Below are positions 13,436 to 27,557 of a stretch of 64,000 nt of DNA, one piece after another. Both the position numbers and the translations under genes were made by a program. The DNA comes from Proteromonas lacertae (lineage: Eukaryota). Where the stretch lies: the NCBI GenBank assembly GCA_002245135.1, contig NGBS01000301.1, positions 1 through 64,000 of the forward strand. Reading direction: 5' to 3'. Positions within the stretch are counted from its first letter, which is position 1. Each line of letters opens with the position of its first letter. The notes beneath the pieces were generated by a model. That model was not told where the DNA came from. It did not search any database and saw only the letters and a program-made list of their open reading frames with translations.

Positions 13436-15965
13436 TTATTTTGATATAGTTTTTGGAGTTTCAGCAGTTTTGGCTTCTTTTTCATTAACATATGGTGGTT
13501 TAACCCATTCAAATGATTCAGGTGGTTGTAATTCATCATTAGGATCTAATACACTAATCATTGTATCTGTACCTAATTCTGGCTTCTTATCAATCAACAC
13601 AACAAAATCTCTTAATTTTCTCTTTGTAGAATCAACAGCTGTTGTATATCTTGATAATGGATCAACAACAAGATAGTCTAATTGGCTATAACATACTCTA
13701 CAGGGATTATTGAGAGTAAAGAAATCAGGTTCATCAGCTGGTGGTTTATCTTCATCATCTTTTTCATCTTTTGATTTTTCATCTTTTTTCTCTTCTTCTT
13801 TTGTTGGTGGTTTTTCTTCTTTTGGTTTTTCAGTTGTTGGAGTATCTGTTTTCGGTGTTGAATTTGGAGTTTCACCTGATTTACCTTCTTGTTTCTAAAT
13901 ATATATATTATTTATTATATATTATATACAGCTTTTAATAATTTGGTTGTTGATAATTCAGTTGTTTGCAATTGTTTATTCACCACTTCCTCTTTAATAA
14001 CTCTTGGCTTTGGATATTCAAAAGTTGACTGTTTATTATTACAAATCAATGTAAATGAAGATGGAATCTGTAAATTTGAATTTACGCCAATCATTGTTGT
14101 TGGATGATAAGCCAATGACATGCAATGAATTAAAGGATACCAGTACCAATATTGTAATCCAATCGTTAATCCAATTATACTGTCCATCTTTAAGAATTCA
14201 TCTCCTGCTGATAATAATTGAATATTACAGTTTCTACCACCAACATCTAATATTCCTGAGGCAATGATCATACCAAATGTTGGAATGATTCTTTTAGAAC
14301 GTTCGTCAGTGATAGTTTCTGTGATTTTCTTACGGAATTGTTTAGCCTAATAATAATAACATAATAATAATAATATATATACTGCTTTAGATTTAATATT
14401 ATTATTTTGAACCAACAACATACTCATTGCAATAAAAGCACCTTGTCTTACAAAATCAGCTTTATCATCTAACATTGGTGTTAGTAGTTTAATAGCATAA
14501 TCATTATGAGTATTACAACAGGCAATACCTAAGGCAATACAAGCACCATAACGGACATAGGCATTGTAACTCTCTGATAATAGACTTACAAGATATGGCA
14601 ACTATATATAAATAAAGTGGAAAAATTAGTGGAAAAGTGAATTAATATATATACTTGTTCTTGATTTCTAATCATTATAAATCCCAAATTAGTAACAGCT
14701 GCTCTTCTAACATCATCATTCACATCACTAACTGCAATATGTAATAATTGTTGAATTGCTTTATTATTACCAGTTCCACAGTATGCTAAACCAATACCAT
14801 AAGCACCACCATATCTTATTACTGGATCACTATCCATTATCATCTATAAGAATATAATAATATAATAACTATACATTTTGTATAATGATATCTGCATCTT
14901 CTTCATTTCCATATAATGATAATGCAACTCCCATTGATAAACCTCTTATTATTTTCTCATGCTATAATAAATAATAATAAATAATATATATTTATACTTC
15001 AGTTTCATGTGCATAAGCCAACATATCTTGTATAATATTACCATATACTTCAGATTTAGTTGCTAAACTACACAATAATAAACCCAAACTATAACCAGCA
15101 GCTTCACCACTAATCGCATCATCAGTTGAATAGATATCTTTACATTTATTAATTAGATTTTGATCTCCACTAGCAATATTCACTAATCCAAAGCCAAGAC
15201 ATCCACCGTTGATTACTGTGGTGTTTGTGCTTGCATTGACATGATCTAATATTACTTTGGTAATACCATGATCATTACCAGTCTATTAACATAATAATAA
15301 TATATATATTCATACACTATTGGAATGAATTATTCCCAATGCATATAAAGCACCTCCTTCACAGAATGGACCATTTCCACTACTAATATAAGCACCTAAT
15401 ACATCCTTACTCTTGTCAACATGACCACGATGAATCTATTTATATATTATTATTATTATTATACAACACCAATAGAAGCAACAGCAGAGAATTGTGACCA
15501 GAGTGTTGATTTCTTTAACCATGCTTGATTATTACGTAAGAAACTCTCATTGGTAGTACCACAGTTCATTATTGAATGAGCAATCTATTTAATAATAATA
15601 ATAATATATATATATATATATATACAATTGTTGCATGATTTAATACACTACTTGATTTCTCTACTCCATCTTTCAATTCCTTCATAATCAACATATCTGA
15701 ATGATTATTCCTCCATAAGAATGATAACTGTTGATCATGTGGGAATGAACCATCTAATATTCTTAATAAATTAACAATTGTATTATTATTATTATTATTA
15801 TTAGATTGTTGATATTCTCTTAATTTGATACATAATGGCATTATTAATTGATGGTTGGCATGGCTATATATATCAAAGGCAAGTTGTAAGGCGATTTCTA
15901 CTTTGTTATTGTTGATTAATTGGATTAATAATTGAGATACTAATAATAAAATAAAAATAATAATC

Positions 15966-16010
<45 letters not shown>

Positions 16011-16812
16011 TATCATCAGTTCTCTCCAAATGTTCTAAACAATTGCACAATATACAATAATCAGGTTCTGGTACAGTAAACAACAATCTTGCACATAAGT
16101 TATACAATTCATTTCTAAAGATCTTTTTAGTGTTAATTGTTTGGGTTAAATTATATATATATTCTATTGAATCTACTGAGTTAGATGCTACAATGCACTC
16201 TTCTACTTTATCTAACCTTCTTGAATCAATACTTAACCCTATAGCTTCTCCATATTGCTTTGTATCAATTGCTCTTTGAATCATAGTTTCAACTACTTTT
16301 TCCATTCTTGGATCGATCTCTATATCTTGCTCACCATTTACTAATCGTTGACGTCGATCTGTATACTCATTTATACAATGAACTATTAATTAATTAGAAA
16401 GCCAATTATACACATCATTTTTTCTATATATTCATCGTGCCTATCAATATTAAAGTAATCGCCTGAATTTAAAGCTAACGCTAAGGCAGTTCCATATTCT
16501 TCAAGGTGATAATAACACTATGAATATATATATTTGCATATATACTTTTGATGCAAGGTAAGCAGCTAGGTTTCTCTCTGGAAAGCTTTCATCTTCAGCT
16601 AATGCTTCTATTGCAATCAAAGATTCAGCGATTTGTGACCAATATGTATCAATAAGTGGCTCAATTTTTTTCAAGATTGAAACCTACATAATATAAGCAA
16701 TGTAAAAGTAAACTTTAATTCTTTCATCATTATCTTCTAAAAATGCAGCTATACCTTGTACTGCTCCAGGAAAAAATGTTGTTGGTAAATTTTCTATAAC
16801 TGTCTCACTCAT
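13436..16812 (-). CDS. RPN2: 26S proteasome regulatory subunit RPN2/PSMD1
   Basis: PC repeats ([45 protein letters not shown]), [21 protein letters not shown]-terminal PPESFEW; many short introns. Confidence 0.97.
15968..16008. repeat. (TA)n microsatellite inside an RPN2 intron
   Basis: About 40 nt pure TA run. Shorter intronic TA runs occur at about 2166-2188, 4629-4644, 15605-15624 and 53938-53966. Confidence 0.95.
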
Positions 16813-16971
16813 TAATAAGAAAAAGAGGGGTGAAGATGGGAATGAAAAAGAAGTCGGAGTAAATGTTTGGGGTTTTCTGGTCTCTACAATATTTTTTTGT
16901 TTTACTCATCAACAGAACAGTATACAATATTAAAATATTCATAAAATAGATATAATCTATATTACTATTAA

Positions 16972-18216
16972 TTAATCAGCTAAATATCTCGCACCTCCAG
17001 TAATTATTGGATTTATTAATTTCTAAAAGAATTAGAATGTTAATAATACCTTTGCATATTCTGCACTTTTATCAGGACTAGTTGTAAAACATACAACACC
17101 ACCTATAATTAAAGCTAAAGCATATAAAGCAGGTCTAAAGAGTAATAGAATTTGATTACATATACATAGGAAGTGAAGGATCTGAATTTATATCATCTTT
17201 AATAATAGCAGCTCGTAGACTATCTCTCGATTTACAATGTATATTCTTAGCCATTTCTATAGTTCTTCCATCTTCCAACACTTTATGATTCTTCATTGGA
17301 AATCTCAGAGACTCATTATCAGCTATATTCAGTTGATGTTTCTCACCCCAATATACATATCTAATTATTAATCTCTTTGGATCACCTTCAGCAACATCGT
17401 AAAATCCTGGAATTCTAGTTAGTGTAGCTCCTTCTCCATTACAATCCTTAACTGTAAAAAAAATAATAAAAATTTGAAATACTATTAATAAATTCAACTC
17501 TTGAATCTTCTATCAACATTTCTATAGGTATTTTAACATCTTCAATTGGCCCTAGTGCTTGAGCTTGTATATTATCATTCCATTTAATTAATTGAGGTAA
17601 TACGCCATAAAATGCTTCTAGAATGATCATTCCACCTTCTCCTTTATTGAATTCTTCTTCTGCTTTTAATTTTGCTGTTTTCTATTATTATTATGTTATA
17701 TATTATATATATTATATATACTTCCATATTTTTTATTGATAAAATTGCTTTTTGTCGTTGTATATCAAGTGTTTTCTTACATCCACTTGAATTACTAAAT
17801 CCATAAATAAAATCATATCTTGCTCTTTCAAATTCATTACTTAATAGTTCCCATGCTTCATTTATTAATTGGTATACTTTCTTATAATCTTCTTCTGTGT
17901 ATTTTGGATTTGATTCATTTTCTATTCTACGATGAACTCTGTCTGGATGATATAACATTGCTAGTTTTCTATGTGCACTTTTTATTTCATTTATTGAAGC
18001 CTAGAACAATTAATCACTTACTCTTATACTTTTGGTGAAATACCAAGTACTGCGTAATAATTTACAGATTGTTTGTTTGATGTCATAGGTATAGGATCAC
18101 CTGGTTTTAAAGCTACACAATAATCAATTAAATGTATACGATATTTGTAATTCACATGTTTACCATCTAATAAATTATACTATAACATTTATACTACTTT
18201 CACTGTTAGAAGTCAT
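16972..18216 (-). CDS. DnaJ protein with DNAJC11-type C-terminal (DUF3395-like) domain and C-terminal TM
   Basis: NYYAVLG..LAMLYHPDR J domain; GGMIILEAFYG..DVKIPIEMLIEDS..IPGFYDVAEGDPKRLIIRYVYWGEKHQ; hydrophobic tail ALYALALIIGGVVCF. Confidence 0.82.
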
Positions 18217-18910
18217 CAGAAATTGAGAAATTCTTTTTAAATTTTCAAACAACTATTTTTATGAACGACTATAATTTTTGAAACAACTTTATTTTTGTTT
18301 TTCTCTTCAAATATATATTATCAGAATGTTATATAGAGTTATTTAAACATTAAAGCTAATTTAAATATTTTATAGAAGTGTTTGTGAGCTTATTATTACT
18401 AATTCAACAAAATGTGTTGTTTGCCTATTCTTTGTAGTTATTTGAAAGAAATTTATTTATGTTAATCCATATAGTAAATTGTCTTAGTGTCACTCATGAA
18501 TTTCAGTGAAGATGTTTTTTATTTTACTAAATAGAGGTTAATCCAATTAGATGTGGCTATTTTGTCCCACATATGTGTATGGCTAACTAAATAAGAAGTA
18601 CTTTACATATTTGTATGTGATAATAATCGTAAATTCGATTATTTTGTCGATATAACGTAAGAAGTTTTGATTATTATTTATTAATCATAAAGAATTTTAA
18701 ATTTATGTAATTTCCTAAAATACAATTGAGCAAAGATGAGTGCATAGTTATTACTTACGAGAATATATGTATTTATGGGTATGAAACTTTATCAAATTCT
18801 TTGATTCTCTAGATAACTGCTAAAACAAATTTTTTAGTTCAAAAAATATATTCGTTTTATTAAATTAACCAATCAATTTAGTTCAGTTGAGTTTTATTTT
18901 ATCGTTGGTT

Positions 18911-21900
18911 ATGTTTATAAAGCAGCTATTTATTTTAAGCTTTAGTATAATTCATTTTTTATTCCTATAGTATTTTACCTAACCAGTGGCAAATCTTGCT
19001 CGTTTGAAAGCAAATCTGTAATTTTAGAAGTAAACAAACGAAGAATAGTGAGCTTATCATGTGATGAACAGATAAAATATATACAATTTACACCCAAATT
19101 TGAAGGAACTATAAAGTTATTAGGTAAAAATGAGGTAGAGATGTTAATTACCGAAGCAGTGGTTAGGAAAACACACAAAGTGTTGATAAATAATTATTAT
19201 GAGACAACCCTAGATATTTCAAGCATTGAACAAGAGTCAGTCAAAAGATCTTTATTTGAAGAAGAGAGAGAGTTAGAGGCTAGAGATTTGTTATATACTG
19301 AAGATGACCAAACATCAAGTGCTACAGAAAATACCACTCCTCCTTCATCAGTTGAAATTACTTTGGATGAGTTTTATAATATAGTGGGTGGTGGTTATAT
19401 AGATAAGGATTATGAGGTAAATATACAATCAAGTGAACTTGTTAATGATCCAACTGAATTATTAGATAATCTAGTAATTGATGGTCAAGATCATACATTT
19501 ACATTCATATTTGAAGCCAACTTGCAAACCGTCTATCTAAAGTTATTTCAAACCACCTCAAATTCCAAGATCACCAATCTTAGATTCATATTTGATATGT
19601 CTGAATCAAAAATAATTGCTACTGGGATATTTGGAGATGTTACTAAATCTATATTCTATAATATTCACGTAATACTTAGAAATAATAAAGATATGGAAAT
19701 TTCTTACACTAGCAGTGTATATAATGGATTATTTGCTAGAGAAGTGAAATCTACTTCACTTTTACATATTGGTGTTTACATAGAGAATGATTTAAGTATT
19801 AATTTTGAAAGAAAAGCAGATTTTGGATCGCTTGATAATCTATTTGGTTTTATTGCTGGTTGTTTAGAGGATGATTCTTCAAATGCAGCAGCTGCAGGTG
19901 GTTTATTTCTACAAACTCGTAACATAAAAATGTTAGGTTATCAAGGTTTATATGTAGGTGGATTAATTGGTACTACTTCTGTTGCTGTTGGTGATTCAGC
20001 TGCAGTATATAATAATATTATAGCGGGTGGTATGTTTTTTGGTGGATTAATAGGTAGTTGTAAAGCATGTCAAATATCAAGATCATTTGTAGAAATGAAT
20101 GATATTAACATGGAAGAGAATTCTTATCAATATGATGTTTGTGGATTTGTTGCTGTAATTAAATCACAATATTCTTACATAAGTCAAAGCTATTTTAAAT
20201 TAAATGGAAATCCTGAAATTACTACTGATTCTACTAATGTTGCTGGAATTGCATGTGATGGTTATCAAAGCAAAATGAAAGTGGATAATGTTGTAATTGA
20301 TATAATGAGTGATAAATTCATAAGACAGAAAGATAATGTTGGATATTTAATTGCTCGTAGTATAGAAGAATTGATTGTAACAAATACAATAATAATTGGT
20401 ACTGAAAGTACTCCTCTTATTGGTGGAACACCTGCTGAAGGTGTGTATGATGATGTATATATAGTTGGTTTTCCTCCAACTTATGACACTCCAACAAATG
20501 TTCCTAATTTAAATAAAGACTTTGTTATTAGCGATTATCTTAGTAATATTACCTATCCAGATTATGAAATCGAAGGATTTACTGAAAGAAGTGAAATAAA
20601 AGTAGATAGAATAGGCAATGAAACAAAATTATCATATTTAAGAAATGACTGGGATTTCTATTATACATATCCTGCAGATTTAATTAATCCAATAGATATA
20701 AGTCAATTAACTGAAGAAACCTCAAGATTTACAATGAAAATATTACCCAAAAGAATGAGATATGAAAATATAAGAATTGACAGTTTGACAAATAATATCT
20801 ATGATTCTACAATATATGATAAAGATATATTTACAGTAGTAGATAGAAATGTAATTGTTAATGTTCCATATAAAAGTGCTGTATATCCAACAGGTAGTAC
20901 ACCTCCACCAATTTCATCTCCAGAAGGAATGATATTTATTAATAATGTGACTTATCCATTATTTTATATAATATATTATGATTCATCTAAAATAATGAAT
21001 GTATTTGATAATGATGGAAGAATATTTGATATATCAGCTGATGAAAATATATTGGTGAATATATTGAAAGATAATATGATGAGAATCAGAATCAATTGTA
21101 GTGACAATATAGTAAGTTATAGTGGATTGAATGTAATTGAAGGAAATGAAGAATTGAATTTTACTTATCATTATGATGCAACTTTAAACAACACATTTGA
21201 TACATCTGAAACTTGTTCATTTAAATTTATTGGTACAACAATGAGTTTGATTGATATTAATATTAATTTCCATGTTAAGAATGAAGGTGTAGCTCCACAA
21301 ATAATAATGAATCATGAATATCTAAATCCTCGAACTAAAGAAGAAATTGACTTGTCAGTTTCTATTACAACAATTCCTATAGATCCAGTATGCTTATACT
21401 ATTATTGTCCTGCTGGTTTAATATGTAATATGACAGATTTCTGCATACAAGATCCAAATGAATTAATAATAATTCATATAAATCAAACTAAACCAGTATC
21501 TACTCCATTAAAAGTGAATATTGTGTTTAATGTTACTTCAGCTGATGAATCGTATGCATTATTAGGTCCATATAACTATGAATTCACATTAAATGATATT
21601 ATACCTGAATTTATATTAGAACCAACATCATTGGTATTTAGTAGTTTTACTCCACAAAATTCATCTTATTCAATATCAACAACAACAGTTCCATCATCAA
21701 CAATCAAAATCAGTGTAGATTTGAGTAGATGTAATAACAATTATGAAGTAAATCCAATGAGTTATACATTATCTAGTTGCAAATAGTTTTATTGGAATAT
21801 TTAATGTAACTCCTATTAATACAGAATCAATTAGAAGTGATTTCCATTGCATTATTATAAACAATCTCGAAACATTAGCAGCAGAATATTCTTCATTAGA

Positions 21901-24900
21901 CAAAATGTTAAATGTAAGTGCAACTACCAATTTTGTAGATTTAAGTGAAGCTCCAAAACTATTATATGTGAATGAAAGTGAAGATGAAAATACAATAATA
22001 TTACATTTTGATTTAGATTGTTATGCTGGTGACTTAATTAAAGTATATCAAAATGATACAAACTGTAATAACAAATTCATAACAATTGATCCTTCAACTA
22101 TTCAATACAATACCTGTTTATGGATGGATAGAAAAACATTAAAGATATATTATGATTATCCAGAAACATTACCATCTCCAACCACAGTATATTTAATAGA
22201 GAAGACTCTTCGATCTACCTGAAACAAGTTCATTATATTCTGAAGGTAATAGCTTTAGTAACATTAAGAGCAGCAACTCCAGAAATATCCACAGCTCAAT
22301 TTGATGATGGTTATACAATAACAATCAATTTTAATTAATGAAATAGGATATGGTTTAAGCGATGGAGATTTATGTTCAGAAATATTTAATAGTACAAAAT
22401 CATTAGGATCTTCAAGATGTTCATTTGGTGAAACTAAGAAAATAATAAAAATGAGATTAGCAGCAGATGCTGAAATAATTCCTGGATGATATAATAGAAC
22501 CCATTCCAAACAAAATCAAAGGTTCAATTAACAGTATTAAATATGCTACACAAAGTGCAATAGTACTTCCTCCAACAACAAAGCCAACTGTAAAAGCAGT
22601 AATAGATGATGTTAAAACCATCACTTCTTGTCAATCATTAATAATTGATGGAAGTTTATCAATTGGAGGTGGTTCTAGATCATTAATATATGACTGGGAA
22701 AATTTAAGTTATGTAGAAGAAAATGTAACAGAATATTTAGAAGTTAATTCTGCCATATTAACAATTCCATCTGGTTTAGTCAAAGAAGATGTGAAATTTA
22801 GATTAACAGTTACAAATTTCTTTGGAGATAGTCATTCAAAAGAAATAGGAATAAAAGTAACACAGTGAATCAATATTAGAATCATCAATTGAAGGAAGTC
22901 CATTTATATTATTAACAACTGATAAAGAATTATATATAAAAGGTAGTGGAAACTTAATTGAATGTGGAAAACCTCTAGAAAATACAAAAATGATAAGTGT
23001 ATTTACAATGTTCAATAATAGTAATGATGATACTGAAATTAATATATCTAATTTCACCACTAGAGATGCCATCTCGATTATATTTTGGTCGACATTCAAT
23101 AGGAGTTGGAAGTTACAAGATTATATATAATGTTTCAATGGATGGTTTAAATTCAACAAGTGAATTAACATTGAATGTGAGTTTGGGTGATTTTTCCTTA
23201 CAAGTTGATGGAGATCCAGTAAGATCAATACCAACATCTAAAAGTTTGAAATTGGGAGTAATAGCAAAAGATTTAGATAATCCTTACACTTCATTTTCAT
23301 ATGAATGGAGTTGTGAAAGTGTTAATAACAATAATTATTGTAAGAATTCTATAACATCTATAACTACATCTAATTTTACAATAAATAAAAATAGTTTGAC
23401 TGCTGGAACATACAATTTCAGTGTAGATGTTACAGATGATAATTTTAGTACTCGTAAAATGAGCACATTTATCTTAGTAACAGTGAGTGATGATTCATTA
23501 AAACTATCATTTTCAATAAAGAGTCTATTCAGCAATTCAACGATGTATAAACCATTAGATACAATTGGTTTAAAAGCAAATATTGAAGAAAATGAATATA
23601 ATAATTTAAGATATTTATGGGAATATGTGAGTGATAAATCAATAAATCCTTTAAAGAGTCGAAATGATTCTTCATTAGTATATATTTCATGTGAAAAAAT
23701 GAATCCTAAATTATCATCTCATATCATTCGATTTTATATTTACAAAGAAGATGATGAAGAAAATAGATTATTTAGTGATTATATCTTTCAAATCAATGAA
23801 TCTCCTCGAGGAGGTATAATAATGAGTTCATCATCCGAAGTATCGTTAGGTGAATCAATATTAATGTCAACTTCGAACTGGGAAGGATCAAAAGAATTTA
23901 CCTATCGATTTGGAGTATTAATAAATGAAGATTTAAAATATTTGCAACCAATATTTAGTAGTAGTAATAGTTACAATGGAATTTTACCTTTGGGTGATAA
24001 ACAAAATGATTATAATCTGAAATTGATCGTATTTGTGAAAGATCGATATGGTGGAATAAGTAACAGTAGTATTGGAAGTGATGGCAAAGATTTAATAATA
24101 TCAAGTCATCCAATATCAGAAATTGATAAGATCGAGAATATCACCAAGAAACTAGAAGAAAATAACAATTATGATCAAATATTTAATTTAGTGAATGGAA
24201 TAAAAGATCAAATAACAAATGATATATCTGAAAGTAGTAAATGCGTTCAAGGAAATAAGAGTGAAAATGATAATAAAACATGTAAATGTTTTGCAAATTA
24301 TACAGGAACATTATGTGAAAAACATATTCCAATTGATGGTGGATTAAGTGTGAATTATACACAAACAGTACCAGATCGAACATGTGGAAAAGTGAAATAT
24401 TATCGATGGAAAACATGTGATAATCCAGTTCCACAATATGGAGGAAAAGATTGTGAAATAATAAAAGAAGAAATAATCGAGATAGTTCAATGTGACAAAC
24501 ACAACAAATGTAGATGGAAATTGGAGTGATTGGGGTGAATGGACTGAATGTGATGCCAAATGTGTATTTTATAATGGTAAAGAAGTGGAAGGTACAAAAA
24601 GTCGAAGTAGAAAATGTAATAATCCTCCTCCAAATAATGAAGGCAAAGATTGTATAGGAAATTCAACTGAGATTGTGAAATGTTATAAAGGATGTAAAGC
24701 TCCTGCGAAGTTATGTCCAGGTGAATATTTGAATGATGAAGGTAAAACAGTAGGTTCAATCTGTAATGGTCATGGAAAATGTGTAATAAATCGTTTAGGA
24801 TGTAAAGAATATGAACCAAATTGTCATAGTAGTTGTGAATGTAAAGATGGATATTCTGGTTCATCATGTCAATATACAACACCAGAATATGAAAAGAATA

Positions 24901-27454
24901 AAATAATAAAAACGAATCTAATCAAGTCAATTGAGACAGCAATTGGAAGAACAATTTTAACCTCAGAATCAATGGAACAACAAAGTTCAACCATATTAAA
25001 TGTAATAAATCCTCCAATCGATTTAGAAGAATCATCATTAGATTTAACTTATAAAATAATCGACAAGACAATAACTCAATTAAAGAATGATAAACCATTA
25101 GAAATCTCTTATAATTCGATAAATGATTATGTGAAAGCAACATCTTTATTATTGAAGAATGAATGGGGTAAAAACACAGTTACAGTATATGATAGTAATA
25201 ATAAAAGGAATCGAAAATTAGAAGATGAAAAAGAATATTCAATAGGAAGTCAATTGAAAGATTTATATAAAAATATCTCAGTAATTCATTATAATCAACA
25301 ATACAGTGCTCCATTAGAAATCTCAACTGATTCATTGGGAATATCGTTAATAAAAGCAGATGAAAGTTTTGATCCAAATACCACAATGTCAATAAATCAA
25401 GCTGAAGTAGATTTGAGTAGTATAATCAACAGAAATGAAACAACCGAGATAGCAATATTTGACTTTTTAGATAATCCAAACAAAGATGATTCAATAAGAA
25501 GTAATCGAACTAGTGGATTAGTTTCAATCACTTTATCAAATGGAAATGGAGAAATCCCAGTGAATGATTTACAAAGTCCAATGTATTATCGTCAAAGAAT
25601 AAATGATGATACTGATTTGAAACATATTCGATGTAGTTATTATAGTGACGGAGATTTGAAATTTGATGGAGTAGTGTTAATGGGAATAATAAAGATCGAA
25701 AATGGATCAAATTATGCCTTATGTAGTATGCTTCATTTAACAGACTTTACAATTCAAAAGAAATCAATCTTCCCCAAAATGAATTTTGTAAATCCAATTG
25801 GTGATGCTTCATTATTGGGTAATTATGATAGCAGTAATATGTTAGTTCCAATAATCTTAGGAAGTGTATTAGTGTTATGTATATTCTTCTGGATCTATAC
25901 GAAATGTCGAGATAAGAATGAAGATAAGATTGTGAGTGAAGAGAAAGCTCGAAATTTCTTATTATATGGAAAACTAAGACCATCTAAAAAAGAAAAATCC
26001 AAAGATGAAAAAGATGAAAAATCCAGTTCATTGAAGAAACATTTCTTCAAATTTTATTATGAAAGATTATTAGATGAACATAAACTATTAGCTCCTGGAT
26101 TTCAATCTGTAGATGAATTAATGGAAATCAATCGAAGTCAAAATGTATTATGTTTAACAGCAGTAATCTTAACCGATACAGCAGTTAATGCTTTATTCTT
26201 TGGTTCAAATCCTTCGAATGTAGCTCAAGTAGTAACAACTTCAATAATATCTGCTTTAGTGATGTTACCAGTTACAGTGATAATTCCATTCTTCTTCAAA
26301 TTTGCGAATTCTTACAAAAGTCATACATTACAATCTAAATCAAAGAATAAGCAAAGTAGAATAAAAGTATTAAAGAACAAATTTGAATTAATAAAGAAAC
26401 AAATAATGAATCAAAATTCAACATTATTCAAATATCAATCATTTATGTTAATCGAAAGTGCTATCTTTGTAGTATTAGAATTAGTATTTACAATAATCAG
26501 TTTGATTGTATTACCATCTGGTTATATAACGATAGTGATAATGGGTTTGTTTATAATCTACATATTAGAAACTTTCTTAATATTTGTAGTAACAACAATG
26601 AAACAACCATTCTATTTCATGTATATGTTTGTGATAGATTTATTATTGATGTTATTCAATTTCACAATATTTGTATTTTACTTGATAATCCTAGGTCGAA
26701 ATGATAATGTAGTTTATGATATATGGAAATTCTTCTATGATATATCTTCAACTCAAGAAATTTACTGTTTATATATTGAAGATAGTTTAAATTGTTGTGG
26801 TTGGAATAATATAAATGATTATAATGTAAGTGATTGTACAACCTTAACAGCATATGTGAGTGGAAATCAAAACAGTTGTAAACAGATTTATTATGAAAAA
26901 TTCGATAAATACAGTGCCTTATGGATAATCTATTTCTTGATAGGAATAATTGTATTTATTCCAAAATTAGTATTATTAGTAAAATATGTATTATTCCAAT
27001 TTAATGAATTTGAAAGAGTATTAGCTGAAGAAGAAATGAAAGAAAAATGAAATTAGAAAAACAGAACGAGAAAACAGAAAAAGAGAAAGAAGACAAAATG
27101 AGTGAAGAAGAAAAGATGAAAGAAAAAGCAGCTGGTGAAATGTTAGTTAGAAGTTGTAGAAAATTATTATTCAAACATCGATTTATAAGAGAAAAAGAAT
27201 ATGTAATTTGGTTAAGAAATCGAAAAATTCGAGCTGGAATGATAATATTTGCGAATTTCATAGTTTGTTTATACATTTTGATAATGATTTATATCAATTT
27301 ATTATATGGAGTGAAATTCGAATCAAGTCAAGCTAATCAATGGATAATAAGTTCTGTAATTTCGATGGTAATTGATGTAATTTTACAAGAACCTTCAATG
27401 ATATTATTAAAGACAGTTGCTTCCACAACACTTGGTTCGATTTTACCTTTCTAG
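18911..27454 (+). CDS. Giant polycystin-1-like receptor: signal peptide, GLUG-type repeats, REJ, EGF/TSP1, GAIN-GPS, multi-TM with embedded tetraspanin (broken by about 9 single-base indels)
   Basis: Signal peptide MFIKQLFILSFIFYLTSG (intron 18945-18970); VGGLIG repeats; REJ (LIIDGSLSIGGGSRSLIYDW, SYEWSC, NESPRGG); VDGNWSDWGEWTEC; GPS CSMLHL/TDF; INRSQNVLCL..AVNALFF; LLYGVKFESSQANQW. Confidence 0.85.
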
Positions 27455-27557
27455 ATTACTTTATTATTATTATTATATTATTAATCATAATTATTATGTT
27501 TTTGTTTTTTTCTATATAGAATAATAATAAAATCAATAATCTATCATATCTTTACTT

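Noticed and set aside
21770..27050. Euplotes-like +1 programmed frameshifting at stop codons (AAA-TAG at 21781, GGA-TGA near 22487) or RNA editing in the polycystin-like gene
   Set aside because: At about 24495 the conserved VDGNWSDW motif lies upstream of the stop in the old frame, and near 23068 the shift is far from any stop. The 27047 break is -1 in an A run. Similar indels hit unrelated housekeeping genes, so long-read consensus error is the simplest explanation. Short-read polishing would settle it.
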